Source: Candidatus Latescibacterota bacterium (GTDB taxonomy: Bacteria > Latescibacterota > CBDEFO01). From it: DNA of 64,000 bases. Within the stretch, counting starts at the first letter, position 1, and each line of letters opens with the position of its first letter. The notes under the pieces were generated by a model. It was not told where the DNA came from. It searched no databases and worked only from the letters and a program-made list of their open reading frames with translations. Positions 40,479-50,934 of this stretch are shown piece after piece. The position numbers and the translations under genes were made by a program. The stretch lies in contig CBDEFO010000008.1 in the NCBI GenBank assembly GCA_965237525.1, positions 1,632,001 to 1,696,000 on the forward strand, in the 5' to 3' direction.

Positions 40479-41611
40479 CTTCTTATCTTTATCCTTTCAG
40501 AGAGTTTGAAGGCCACATCGGCCACAGCTTGAGGCTCTATGTCTTGTAGTGTATCGTCTTTACTGTTCGACATAATCGCTTCATAATCTACGCCCCAGGG
40601 CGCCCAACGTTTAAGATTAAGCTCTCTGTTCTGATAGAGTCCTACCACGGGAACTTTCAGTACTGAAGCCAGATGAACCAGCCCGGTATCCGGGGTGATC
40701 AGAAAGGTCAACTGCGACAGTAGGCCGCATACCTTTGTGAGTGAGATGTTTCTTCCAATTACAGCCCACCTGTGCTCCCCACGAAAGCTCTTAGACATGC
40801 CCTGACGACATGGCGAGGTTTCGATCAGTTTTTGGGCATCGTCGTAGTCTCTTCTTGCACAGAAAACCAAAAAGGCTGCCTCCGGAAATCTTTCGGTCAA
40901 GAGATTCACCAATTCCATATATCTGACAATGCACCAATATCTTGTCGGACGTCCTGCCGAGATGTTAATTCCTATCACAGGTGTCTTTTGATCTCCTTTT
41001 CTGAAATTGAAGGAAATAAACGCTCTTGCATAGTCTATGTCTTCATCGTTAACTTTCAGGTTCCACTCCAATTCTTCGGGATAAGCGTCCAGAGCCTTCA
41101 ACACAGAGGCTGTCCGTTGCACCATGTGTGCATCGCTTTTAACGTGGATGTTTTTGTCATAAAAGGGTTCGGCGCCGCATTTGTTCATCCCTATCCTGTA
41201 TGCTCTCCTGTTCAGAAGCGTCCCCAAAAGGGCATTTTTGGCGGATCTATCTATAGTTAGGTCTATCACAACGTCAAAATCCCTTGTTCTTATCGTCCTG
41301 TACAGGCGCAACTGCCCCCAAAGGGTGTTTTGACCTACGATGCATTCGTCAACCCACTCGCATCTATCGAAAATCTCACAATTGGAGGAGCTGCACCAGA
41401 CGCTCGCTTTGGACCGGGGATAACGCCTCCTAAGATTTTCCAAGACTGGGAGACATGTGACCGCATCTCCGAGCCCTCCGAACCGCATGAAGAGTATCCG
41501 GGCTTGACTCAGATCACACGACAGTTTGCGGGGGTTTCCGTTCACAAATCTGCCAGCTATATTGACTATTAGAGCCTTACAGTATTTCTTCACAGCGGAG
41601 ATGCAACTCAT
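40475..41611 (-). CDS. Glycosyltransferase family 9 (heptosyltransferase-like)
   Basis: RFGGLGD, FDVVIDL, ITPDTGLVHLAS..VPVVGLY. Confidence 0.9.
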   Translation of the reverse strand: MSCISAVKKYCKALIVNIAGRFVNGNPRKLSCDLSQARILFMRFGGLGDAVTCLPVLENLRRRYPRSKASVWCSSSNCEIFDRCEWVDECIVGQNTLWGQLRLYRTIRTRDFDVVIDLTIDRSAKNALLGTLLNRRAYRIGMNKCGAEPFYDKNIHVKSDAHMVQRTASVLKALDAYPEELEWNLKVNDEDIDYARAFISFNFRKGDQKTPVIGINISAGRPTRYWCIVRYMELVNLLTERFPEAAFLVFCARRDYDDAQKLIETSPCRQGMSKSFRGEHRWAVIGRNISLTKVCGLLSQLTFLITPDTGLVHLASVLKVPVVGLYQNRELNLKRWAPWGVDYEAIMSNSKDDTLQDIEPQAVADVAFKLSERIKIRR

Positions 41612-41630
41612 TATGCCCCCATGTACAAGA

Positions 41631-44600
41631 TCAGGCCAAGAGTCTTTCTATCCTTCTTGAGATAGCATTCCAATTGAACTTTTCTACTGCCCTTTTTCTT
41701 CCTTGCTTCCCTAACTCAACTCTCAACTTCTCATCGTCCAGGAGTCTTATCACGGTCTCAGCGATCTGCTCTGGACTTTTCGGATCAATTAGAACTCCAG
41801 AGCAACCGTCCTCCACCGCATCTTCCACACCTCCGGATCTTCCGCCTATTACGGCCACTCTGCAAGCGGAAGCCTCCAAAAATGTGATGCCGAATCCCTC
41901 GACGTCTTTTTCTGTCTCCCGACTCGCCATAATGTAGACATCCGCCATATTATAGATCTCACACATATCCTGATCGGGTATGTAACCTAAAAAGGTCACG
42001 TGTTCCCCTAGTCCGAGTCGGTGCACCAAATCCTCAAGCTGAGGTCTGTATTCACCCTTTCCCGCGATCAAATAGTGCACGTCTTTGTACCTCTTCAGGA
42101 TGAAAGGCATCGCAGTAATAACCATATCCTGGCCCTTTCTCTCCACAATCCGAGCCAGTGTCAAAATGACCTTTTTGCCCTTGAAGCCGTACCGGGTCTT
42201 CAATTCATACTGCCTATCCAGAGGACGGAACCTCTCTGTATCTACACCATTTGGTATCAGCACGATCTTGTCCACGGATATTCCAATTCTCTTTAGCGAT
42301 TCTTTTGTGTGACGACTCACAGCTATCAGCCTGTGGCAGTTCTCCAAGACGTAGCGCATCAACAATCTCTTGAGTGGGCCATATCTCCTCTTTATCTCCA
42401 TACCGTGACATGCCACCACGACCTTCAGGCTACACCACCTGGAGATCAGAGTCGAGAAAAAGGCCATATCCCAGCAGGCGCTCAAGATTACGGGGCGTCT
42501 GTACTTCAAGAGGGCCTTAATAGTGTAATAGACCATATAGTAGTGCTTCAGTGAGACCCATCCCCGCCCTTCCATCTGCTCTATCTTGAAGTCCCCTTTC
42601 CAGGGAGCATTGCCACGGAAGCACTTCTTAGTAGCAAATACAATAGCCTCGCGCCTCCCGTGCAGAGAAAGTGGAACGTCCGCTGCAAGATGTCTTGCCA
42701 CAAGATGTCTTGCCACCTCGTGGCACCACCGGGCTATCCCACCGTCTTTGGGGGGAAAGTGCTCTGTAAAGAGGACGATCCTTTGGGGCGGCTTTATCGC
42801 GCTTTTGCGCTCTTCTTTCTTTGGAGTTTCCCTGTAGAACGCGAACTCTAATTCCTCTATCATCCTTTGGTAACTGAACTTGTCTCTTATCGTCTCTAAG
42901 GCGGCCTTCCCCAGAGCTTTCTCCTTTACAGGATCTTGAATCAGGACGCTGATAGCCTCTGACATTCCACGGACATCCCCAAAATCCACAAGTAGTCCGT
43001 TTTCTCTGTCCTTTATAACTTCAGCAATACCCGGAATCTTAAACGCCAGCAGGGGAATTGCCCTGGACATCGCCTCTAAGAGGGCGTTTGGCATCCCTTC
43101 AAACTCTGAACTTAAAGCAAATATATCCGTAGCTTCCAAAACGGAATTGACATCGTCTATGAATCCTGTGAAGATCACCTTCTCGAAGATGGAGAACTCT
43201 CTTGCCATATCCTTCAGACTATCGAGCCTTTCTCCACTTCCCACGATCATAAGCCGCGCTTGGGGATGCTCCAACGCTACATAGGAAAAGGCCTTTATTA
43301 ACAGATCAAACCTCTTTTGATGGGCCAGGCGCCCGAGGCCCGTTATCAGAATCTCATGCTCGCTGATTTCGTATTTTTCCCTTATATTGAGGCCGAGGCT
43401 CTTTGCGCCATCTGGAACAGCTCTAAGACCGTTATAGATTACCACGACCTTATCTATATCGAACCAATTAATTCCCGAAAGATAATCTCTGATCGCATGA
43501 GTGTTCACTATCAGTTTATCAAAGAGCCAGCGGAAGGAAATCTGCATCTTCAGGCTCAGAGGACGCCGCATAATCCCCATTCGAGCCAGCACCTTCGTTG
43601 GGCGATGTAGCTTTGCTGCTAAGCCAGCTAAAACGTAATCCCTCTGTAGTGTAGGGACCAGAATGTCTATATCCATCTTTTTCAGAGATAGAGCTATCTT
43701 GAAGGCAGTATAAAGATCGGAATCGTTTAAGAAAGGAAGCCTTAGAATTTTTATATCACTTTTTGAGGCCTTTTCCGCTATCAGGTCCCATCGGCAGGCC
43801 AAGTAGACGTTATGACCCGACTCTCTAATTCCGCTTGCAGCTTCGATTGTCCACTTTTCATTTCCTCCCCATTCGACGGCAGAATTGACAAACATTACAT
43901 TTAGTTTACTTGCCTTTCGCCCATATCTGACAGGAGATTTTGTCTCCTCTTGTAAATGCATGGTTGGGGTAACGCCGCCCCAGCGAACACGAGAGTTCCT
44001 CTCCAGCTCTCTTTCAAAGAGCCTCTCCAATTCGTCTACATTCTTCTCCAATGTAAACTCTTGCCTTACTCTCTCCGCCCCATCCTGACCCATCTTGGAC
44101 GCCAGGTCTTCATCGTTTAAGAGACGAGCTATACCATCTGCAATCGCGCGTACATCTTTTGGCTGGACAAGAAAGCCTGTGACTTTGTCCACCACTAACT
44201 CATTGACGCCTCCCACGTGGGTCGCCACCACCGGAATCCCCGCCGCCATCGCCTCCAGGATTACATTTGGTAGACCCTCATCCAGGGAAGTTAAGACGAA
44301 CACGTCCGAAGCCCTTAAAAGATCTGGGACGTCTTTTCTAAATCCTGTAAAAGTGAAATTATCGTTCAATCCCCAACTGCGCACGCGATCTTCCAGAACC
44401 TGTCTATCTGGTCCATCTCCTACTATCATAAAGTGAGCCTTTCTATGCTTCTGCAAGGTGAGCTTTGCCGCTTCTGCAAAGAATTCTAAGCCCTTCTGAA
44501 AAAATAGATTCCCCACAGCGCTCACGACTTTGTTATCCTGACCTATTCCCAATTTGCGTCTGATCTCCTCTCTTGGCATACAGACATCTGGCAACTGGAC

Positions 44601-45086
44601 ACCGTTTCTGATCACATGTATTCTCTTTTGATCGAGCCATGAAAATTCTATAAAACGATCTTTTATATGCTCTGCCGGGGTTATTATGCCATCTACCAGA
44701 ACCTTATGGGTAAACCTGTACCTTAATTTATCGTAGATGAGCGGAAGTCCCTTCCTGGCCATCACGACAGGCACAGATACAAGCCTTGCGGCTGTGCCCC
44801 CAATCCTCACATCTTTCTCAAAATTGCAGCATAGGACATCTATGCTCTGGCTTCTGAAGAACTGCGCCATCTTATATACGATCACGGGGGCAAAATCCCC
44901 TCTTATTCTAAAATGCTTAGTCCTGATCCCTCTATCTGAAGCATATTCGAGCCATAGAGCCCCTGGTTTGCCGCATACTACTACCTTGTGGCCTCTTTTC
45001 TGGAGTCCCGATGCGGCATCCACCATCCACTTTTCGCCGCCGCGCCATATGTCCTGCTTGATGGAGTTCAGAAAAGCTATGTTCAT
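41631..45086 (-). CDS. Triple-domain glycosyltransferase family 4 fusion
   Basis: Three GT4 modules with EGLPNVILEA, EGMPNALLEA and EGFGITFLEA signatures. Confidence 0.9.
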   Translation of the reverse strand: MNIAFLNSIKQDIWRGGEKWMVDAASGLQKRGHKVVVCGKPGALWLEYASDRGIRTKHFRIRGDFAPVIVYKMAQFFRSQSIDVLCCNFEKDVRIGGTAARLVSVPVVMARKGLPLIYDKLRYRFTHKVLVDGIITPAEHIKDRFIEFSWLDQKRIHVIRNGVQLPDVCMPREEIRRKLGIGQDNKVVSAVGNLFFQKGLEFFAEAAKLTLQKHRKAHFMIVGDGPDRQVLEDRVRSWGLNDNFTFTGFRKDVPDLLRASDVFVLTSLDEGLPNVILEAMAAGIPVVATHVGGVNELVVDKVTGFLVQPKDVRAIADGIARLLNDEDLASKMGQDGAERVRQEFTLEKNVDELERLFERELERNSRVRWGGVTPTMHLQEETKSPVRYGRKASKLNVMFVNSAVEWGGNEKWTIEAASGIRESGHNVYLACRWDLIAEKASKSDIKILRLPFLNDSDLYTAFKIALSLKKMDIDILVPTLQRDYVLAGLAAKLHRPTKVLARMGIMRRPLSLKMQISFRWLFDKLIVNTHAIRDYLSGINWFDIDKVVVIYNGLRAVPDGAKSLGLNIREKYEISEHEILITGLGRLAHQKRFDLLIKAFSYVALEHPQARLMIVGSGERLDSLKDMAREFSIFEKVIFTGFIDDVNSVLEATDIFALSSEFEGMPNALLEAMSRAIPLLAFKIPGIAEVIKDRENGLLVDFGDVRGMSEAISVLIQDPVKEKALGKAALETIRDKFSYQRMIEELEFAFYRETPKKEERKSAIKPPQRIVLFTEHFPPKDGGIARWCHEVARHLVARHLAADVPLSLHGRREAIVFATKKCFRGNAPWKGDFKIEQMEGRGWVSLKHYYMVYYTIKALLKYRRPVILSACWDMAFFSTLISRWCSLKVVVACHGMEIKRRYGPLKRLLMRYVLENCHRLIAVSRHTKESLKRIGISVDKIVLIPNGVDTERFRPLDRQYELKTRYGFKGKKVILTLARIVERKGQDMVITAMPFILKRYKDVHYLIAGKGEYRPQLEDLVHRLGLGEHVTFLGYIPDQDMCEIYNMADVYIMASRETEKDVEGFGITFLEASACRVAVIGGRSGGVEDAVEDGCSGVLIDPKSPEQIAETVIRLLDDEKLRVELGKQGRKRAVEKFNWNAISRRIERLLA

Positions 45087-45148
45087 CTTTATCCTGTCAT
45101 GTACACGATTAGCACTACTTCTGGGAAATGATTAATAGACAAGGATAG

Positions 45149-45177
45149 AATATACGCCTAATCGTTAAAATCGTCAA
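45149..45177 (-). promoter_or_regulatory. Sigma-70-type promoter for the glycosyltransferase operon
   Basis: Minus strand TTGACG-N17-TATATT. Confidence 0.6.
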
Positions 45178-45206
45178 GCTGAAATGCCCTGCTTTTCTTT
45201 TTTCAG

Positions 45207-45235
45207 TTGACACCTTTGCAAGAATATGCTACCTT
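45207..45235 (+). promoter_or_regulatory. Divergent sigma-70-type promoter
   Basis: TTGACA-N17-TACCTT with extended TG. Confidence 0.5.
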
Positions 45236-45512
45236 CATATTGTCTTAAGTTGTGTGCTATTCAACATAAGGAGTGTTCGTTTGCACCGGGAAGGGAAATC
45301 AGGTTCATACACCTTGAAAGGGCATGGCGATCCGAGTCGGGGACAATCTCATCGCCGCCCGATCGGGGGACGGGTGCTGGATGTTCCAAGGAATGCCGAA
45401 CGGGGATATTACCGCTGAGACGGTAGTCTGGCTCGGTAAGATCTATCATGCAGTCGGAGGAGGAGCTGCATTGCATAAGTATTCCAATTTCACCCATAAA
45501 TAGAGGAGAAAA

Positions 45513-46286
45513 ATGCGCATCGTTCAGATATCCGATATTCACTTTGGGCCATTCAGGCCCGCCACCTGGCAGCATATGCAGGTAGCCCTTGAACTGATCG
45601 AAGACGATTCTCCAGATCTGGTGATCTTCAGCGGCGATATCTGCAGCAACGGAGATAATAGTCCTGCAGACTACGGTTACGCCAAGGCGCGCCTGGACGA
45701 TTTGACCATACCGTGGAGGGCGATTCCGGGGAATCACGACGTCGGATGCCATCCCCACAGCCAGACTGCGGGGAGCTTAAAGATGGATGCGATTGAGAGA
45801 TTTCGAAAGTTCATTGGGCCTGACCGCTGGAGCCAGGACGACGGTGATATTAAGGTCATCGCCATCAATAGCGAACTTGCCGGCAGCGGTTCCCTTGAGG
45901 AGCGGGAGCAGTTAGCCTGGCTCAGAGGTGAGATAGCTTCTTCTCCAGTTGGCGGCTCCATTGTCTTTATGCACTCGATGTGTTACATAAGGGACGTGGA
46001 GGAAGAATCGTGCTACTGGACTTTGGACCCTGAACCCCGCAAGGAGTTGTTAGGTATATTCCACGAAGGACCGGTACAGGCTGTCTTCAACGGTCACCTG
46101 CACTTTCATTTTCAGATCGAGCATCAGGGACTGCCGCTCTATTCGTGTCCTGCAACGGGGTTTCCGCTTGGGGACAATTCCTTTCCGGAGGTAGGCGACA
46201 GTCGGGAGGGATATTTCGTGATCGATGCGACCAAATCCAGCGTATCTTATGACAAGAAACTTCTGCCCCAGGATCGGCTCAAATAG
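45513..46286 (+). CDS. Calcineurin-like metallophosphoesterase
   Basis: SDIH, SGD, PGNHD, MH, GHLH. Confidence 0.9.
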   Translation: MRIVQISDIHFGPFRPATWQHMQVALELIEDDSPDLVIFSGDICSNGDNSPADYGYAKARLDDLTIPWRAIPGNHDVGCHPHSQTAGSLKMDAIERFRKFIGPDRWSQDDGDIKVIAINSELAGSGSLEEREQLAWLRGEIASSPVGGSIVFMHSMCYIRDVEEESCYWTLDPEPRKELLGIFHEGPVQAVFNGHLHFHFQIEHQGLPLYSCPATGFPLGDNSFPEVGDSREGYFVIDATKSSVSYDKKLLPQDRLK

Positions 46287-46366
46287 TGGTACAGGCTGAA
46301 CGTTCTGACAAAAGTTTTTTAGATATTCGGACATGAGGCACAATACTACGACAGGAGGTTACTGCT

Positions 46367-47242
46367 ATGGAAAAGGTAGATGTACACGTCCATGTGTTCG
46401 ACAAGCTGAGCGACAAATTCCCCCGAGAAGTGGGCACACTGGCCCCTGCGGAGAAAGAGGCGACGGCTGAACAGCTCCTGCGGGAGATGGACTCCGGGGA
46501 GATAGATCGTGCGGTGTTGATCGATATGGGAGGGACCAAGATGGAACATCACCGATACGTGACGCACTGCGTTAAGCAGTGGCCCGATCGTTTCACAGCC
46601 ACAGGTTTAGTGGACGTAGATGATCCCGATCCGCCGGCAAGGCTCAGGGAACTATTTGAGGCCACCGGGATCGAGGGCATCAGGATTGGTGCTCTGGGCG
46701 ACCCCTCTGTTGAAAGTCCTGAAGATTTGAATAGCTACGCTCTGTTCGAGTGCGCTGACGAGTTGGGCATCAATATTAATATCTACGCAGGAAGCGGACA
46801 GGTCCCCTGTATAGAGATGCTGGCTCGAGCCTTCCCAGGTGTGAATATCTCCCTGGATCATCTCGGCGTCTGCCCTACCACGTCCAATATTCCGGACCGT
46901 TGGGGGCGACCCCGCTTCGATGACGAACCTCTCCCTCCTTCGACCTATCCGAAGATCGCTGAGATGGCGAAGTACCCCAACCTCTATATCAAAATCTCCG
47001 GAGAATACGCCTTCTCAAAAGTGCCCTGTCCCTATGAGGATATGCAGCCGATGGTCGAGACGATCTACCGGGCATACGGTCCGGAGAGGATGATGTGGTG
47101 CACTGACTTTCCGTGGATCGTCGTGGAGCCGGGATACCAAAGGCTTGTGGAGCTGATCGGCCATCACCTTCCGTCTATCTCCGAGGAGGAGATGGACATG
47201 ATCGTGGGAGGAACTGCCCTCAAGGTATGGTTCAAAAGATAG
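46367..47242 (+). CDS. Amidohydrolase family protein (copy A)
   Basis: DVHVHV, LDHLG, IKISG, RMMWCTDFP. Confidence 0.9.
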   Translation: MEKVDVHVHVFDKLSDKFPREVGTLAPAEKEATAEQLLREMDSGEIDRAVLIDMGGTKMEHHRYVTHCVKQWPDRFTATGLVDVDDPDPPARLRELFEATGIEGIRIGALGDPSVESPEDLNSYALFECADELGININIYAGSGQVPCIEMLARAFPGVNISLDHLGVCPTTSNIPDRWGRPRFDDEPLPPSTYPKIAEMAKYPNLYIKISGEYAFSKVPCPYEDMQPMVETIYRAYGPERMMWCTDFPWIVVEPGYQRLVELIGHHLPSISEEEMDMIVGGTALKVWFKR

Positions 47243-47370
47243 TGGACAGCACGGAGGAAGGCTAATCTTTGATGGCTCATGGTGGTTTTGCCCTGACTAC
47301 TGCGCAAACCACTTCGTGGCTTCTTGCCACATGCCCCAGCACAGCGCCCGTGGCGCTTCGCCGCTACGTT

Positions 47371-47636
47371 ACTTTGGATCCTGAACCCCGGAAGGAGTTG
47401 TTAGGTATTTTTCCCGAACGCCCTGTGATGGCTGTCTTCAACGGTTATCTGCGCTTTCATTTTCAGATCGAGCATTGGGGACTGCCACTCTATAGGTGTC
47501 CTGCAAGGGGGTTTCCGATTGGGACAATTCCTTTCCGGAGGTAGGCGACATCCGGGAGGGCTATTTGGTGCTTGATACGACCAAATCCACCGTATCTTAT
47601 GACAAGAAACTTCTGCCCCAGGATCAGCTCGAATAG
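47371..47636 (+). pseudogene. 3' fragment of duplicated metallophosphoesterase
   Basis: Near-copy of 46020..46286 lacking the 5' part; frameshifted. Confidence 0.85.
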
Positions 47637-47716
47637 AGGCGATAGGCTGCACGTTCTGACAGTTGTTTTTTGGTATTCCAACATAGATCACAATTTGACG
47701 ACCGGAGGTTATTGCT

Positions 47717-48592
47717 GTGGAAAAGGTAGATGCACACGTCCATGTGTTCGACAAGTTGAGCGATAAATTCCCCCGAGAAGTGGGCGGTCTGGCGCCTGCG
47801 GAGAAAGAGGCGACGGCCGAACAGCTCCTGCGGGAGATGGACGCTGGGGGGATAGATCGGGCGGTGTTGATCGGTATGGGAGGGACTAAGATCGAATATC
47901 ACAGATACGTGACCCACTGCGTTAAGCAGTGGCCCGATCGCTTCACATCCACAGGGTTAGTGGATGTAGCTGACGCCGATCCACCGGCAAGGCTCAGGGA
48001 ACTATTTGAGGCTACCGGGATCGAGGGCATCAGGATCGGAGATATGGGCGATCCCTCTGTCGAAAGTCCCGAAGATTTGACTGCCTACGCTCTGTTCCAG
48101 TGCGCTGACGAGCTGGGCATCAATATCAATATCTCCTGTGGAAGACCGCAGGTCCCCTGTATAGAGATGCTAACTCGCGCCTTCCCACGTGTGAACATCT
48201 CACTGGATCATCTCGCCGTCTGCCCGACCACAGCCGGTACTACAGACCGGTGGGGGCGACCCCGCTGCGATGACGAACCGATCCCTCCTTCGACCTATTC
48301 GAAGATCGCTGAGCTGGCGAAGTATCCCAACCTCTATATCAAAGTTTCTGGAGAATACGCCTTCTCAAAAGTGCCCTGTCCCTATGAAGATATGAAGCCG
48401 ATGGTCGAACAGATCTATCGGGCATACGGTCCAGAAAGGATGATGTGGTGCACCGACTTTCCATGGATCGTCGTGGAGCCGGGCTATCAAAGGCTTGTGG
48501 AGTTGATCGGCCATCACCTTCCCTCTATCTCCGAGGAGGAGATGGACATGATCATGGGAGGAACTGCCCTCAAGGTATGGTTCAAAGGGTAG
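47717..48592 (+). CDS. Amidohydrolase family protein (copy B)
   Basis: Colinear with copy A; 35 of 291 residues differ by manual count; GTG start. Confidence 0.9.
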   Translation: MEKVDAHVHVFDKLSDKFPREVGGLAPAEKEATAEQLLREMDAGGIDRAVLIGMGGTKIEYHRYVTHCVKQWPDRFTSTGLVDVADADPPARLRELFEATGIEGIRIGDMGDPSVESPEDLTAYALFQCADELGININISCGRPQVPCIEMLTRAFPRVNISLDHLAVCPTTAGTTDRWGRPRCDDEPIPPSTYSKIAELAKYPNLYIKVSGEYAFSKVPCPYEDMKPMVEQIYRAYGPERMMWCTDFPWIVVEPGYQRLVELIGHHLPSISEEEMDMIMGGTALKVWFKG

Positions 48593-48630
48593 TGGACAGC
48601 ACGGTGCGGGGTGCCTTAGGGGCGAGGGGT

Positions 48631-48651
48631 CCCCGATTGAATCTATCGGGG
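48631..48651 (+). repeat. 21-bp palindrome, copy 7 (inside a GTAG-type REP)
   Basis: taggggcgaggggt-ccccgattgaatctatcgggg-accacccctac. Confidence 0.92.
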
Positions 48652-48783
48652 ACCACCCCTACATTCTTAGGGGCACGTTCATCCATATATGCTACTGTTG
48701 TAGGGTCAGACGCGTGTGTCTACCTCCAAGAGCGAGTGGATCTACGCTCTACGTTCTGATCACTGTTTTCGTGTTTCTGGTGG

Positions 48784-50934
48784 CTATATCCAGAACACCT
48801 GGTTGCCGGTCATTCCCGTGAAATAGTCTATAATGAGCCAAATACCGGCTATTACGAACTGCCCTAAAATCAGACCTAAGAAGAAGGGGCGGGTGCCTCT
48901 GAACCATCTAATTCCCCCGTACTTCAAAATCACAGCTTTCAAAAGCCATGCCAAAAAGATGCTGAACCATATATGGTCCATCAGCCACACTGCGCCTATG
49001 GGATACCCGATAGGATGAAAGGGCAACGCCAAAAAGCGACGCCGAGCCACCATAAGGAGGCCCATAATAAAGGCTCCGACTCCTGTGTGAATCCAGCCCC
49101 CCCAATTGGGAGTAGTAGGATTGCTAAGATAGCTCCCAATAAAGCTGAACGGCTCTTTGGCCCCCGCGCCGAAGAACCATCCGTTCAAGTTGACCCCTCC
49201 TTCGCTGTACGAAAGCTCCAATATCATCCAGATCGATCCGAACAGACTGACGACAATGGAGAGCACCATCGCCCAAAAGAGCGGCTTCTTATTTTTCCCT
49301 ATCTCCTCAGCTAACTTCAGGCCGTGGGCAGAGGAGGCCATAACGAAGGTCCTTATGTCCGCCGACCAGACGTAAGTGAAGGCTAAGGCTGTCATGCCGG
49401 CGGGGCCGAGGGCAGAAGATCCTACTCCCGACACAACAAATGAGGACGAGATGGTAGAAGCCACCGCTTCAGCGACTCCGCTTTCGACGACGATCCGGGT
49501 CAATCCGAGGAATATCAGAAAGGCCCCGAACAGGAACAGAATTGCGATCCAGAGCGGCAGACCCGAGGCGTTCAGCCAGAATGTCATAAATGCCAGTCCG
49601 CCTATCATCCCGAAGACGGCGCTTCGGTAGGAGAGCATTTCCCCCGAATCGTCCACATCCTTTCCTCTCCCAAACGCCTTTGAGAAGACATTCTTAAGAT
49701 GCTCCCTGCCGATCCAGAGCCCCGATATAACCAGGACTATAATCGCTCCCATGCCCTGATGCGCCAGAATAGGTGTCTCCCTGCCAGCGCCGTATATACC
49801 CAAATTTTCCGTGCTGTGAACCCCTGTGACCCTGAATATCCCTTTTTGAATATTTGACAGGATATTGAAAAACCAGAGGGAAAAGGCTATGTCCAGATTG
49901 ATAAGATAGGAGAAGCCAATCATCGGAAAGCTCAAGTTGAAGGGCAGAGATATAGTGCGGCGGAACAGGGAAATGGAAGTTGATGTGCTCAGTTCAGGGA
50001 TAAAGCTGTAATATCTATGCAGAGCATTTAGAGTGCTTATTATTGCCGGGATTAGAAAGCCTGCCCACATAACGGGACTTTTGAAGAACGGATTCAAGAG
50101 CGAGCCTGACTCGTTTCTGACCATCTCCAGAGGCACCTGAACCAGGGGATATATCAATCTTTCCCTTTCGACCCACTGCCCGCGCACGATCACCATCGTG
50201 CATATCATAACAATATAGAGGGCAAAAAGAAAAGCTATCCAGTATATAAGGGGCACAATCCAGTCAGACCAGGGGATCGCCAGTCCTTCGGGCAGACCCT
50301 CGAAGAAGTACTCAATGACGTGGGGGTCTTGCGGCGCTATCCAATCGGGTATATGGGGGTGAATGAAGTAGCTCCATTCGTTCTCGGGCGAGGCATAGTA
50401 AAAGACGGCTGTAATAATCGGCAGCAGGTACTCTGAGACGCCCATCGTGGGTATGGCGGACGCTACGATCATCATCACATAGACGACTAAAAGCTCTCCC
50501 CGATTAAGGCTCAAGCTCTTCCCCAAAGATGCGAAGATGACGTTGACAGAGGCTAAAAGGAGGATAAAGATGGAGAATATAAGTCCAGGTGAGGCCAGCT
50601 CAAACTGGAAAGACGGATCGGTAACTTTGGTCACGCAGGGGATCGCCACAACAGCTAAGAATAACAGGGATGGAACAATCGCTCTGCCTGTGAGCTTCAA
50701 TACGACGTTGAGGACACCTACCAAAAAGAAAAACAAGAACAGTGCCCCGGGTGTGCTAAAGTCCAGAGCCATATAAGAGCCCCTTATGGCCATGTTTCCG
50801 TAAGGGCCTCCAATAGAGAGGAAAAAGGAGAAGAATGCGCCGATAAGAAAGGCCTTCAACGTGTAGCTGGAGGGAGAATTTGACTCGTCTTCAGCAAGTT
50901 CTGGATTTCTTGTCTTAGTATTTGCCTCATCCAT
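48784..50934 (-). CDS. Polytopic membrane protein, DUF6785/DUF6784-like putative transporter
   Basis: GELLVVYVM, QWVERERLIYPL, TRIVVESG, PFHPIGY, ILKYGG..RPFFLGLILG. Confidence 0.75.
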   Translation of the reverse strand: MDEANTKTRNPELAEDESNSPSSYTLKAFLIGAFFSFFLSIGGPYGNMAIRGSYMALDFSTPGALFLFFFLVGVLNVVLKLTGRAIVPSLLFLAVVAIPCVTKVTDPSFQFELASPGLIFSIFILLLASVNVIFASLGKSLSLNRGELLVVYVMMIVASAIPTMGVSEYLLPIITAVFYYASPENEWSYFIHPHIPDWIAPQDPHVIEYFFEGLPEGLAIPWSDWIVPLIYWIAFLFALYIVMICTMVIVRGQWVERERLIYPLVQVPLEMVRNESGSLLNPFFKSPVMWAGFLIPAIISTLNALHRYYSFIPELSTSTSISLFRRTISLPFNLSFPMIGFSYLINLDIAFSLWFFNILSNIQKGIFRVTGVHSTENLGIYGAGRETPILAHQGMGAIIVLVISGLWIGREHLKNVFSKAFGRGKDVDDSGEMLSYRSAVFGMIGGLAFMTFWLNASGLPLWIAILFLFGAFLIFLGLTRIVVESGVAEAVASTISSSFVVSGVGSSALGPAGMTALAFTYVWSADIRTFVMASSAHGLKLAEEIGKNKKPLFWAMVLSIVVSLFGSIWMILELSYSEGGVNLNGWFFGAGAKEPFSFIGSYLSNPTTPNWGGWIHTGVGAFIMGLLMVARRRFLALPFHPIGYPIGAVWLMDHIWFSIFLAWLLKAVILKYGGIRWFRGTRPFFLGLILGQFVIAGIWLIIDYFTGMTGNQVFWI

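Noticed and set aside
45262..45500. Riboswitch or ncRNA upstream of the phosphoesterase
   Set aside because: No recognisable aptamer motifs; reads more like a decayed coding fragment
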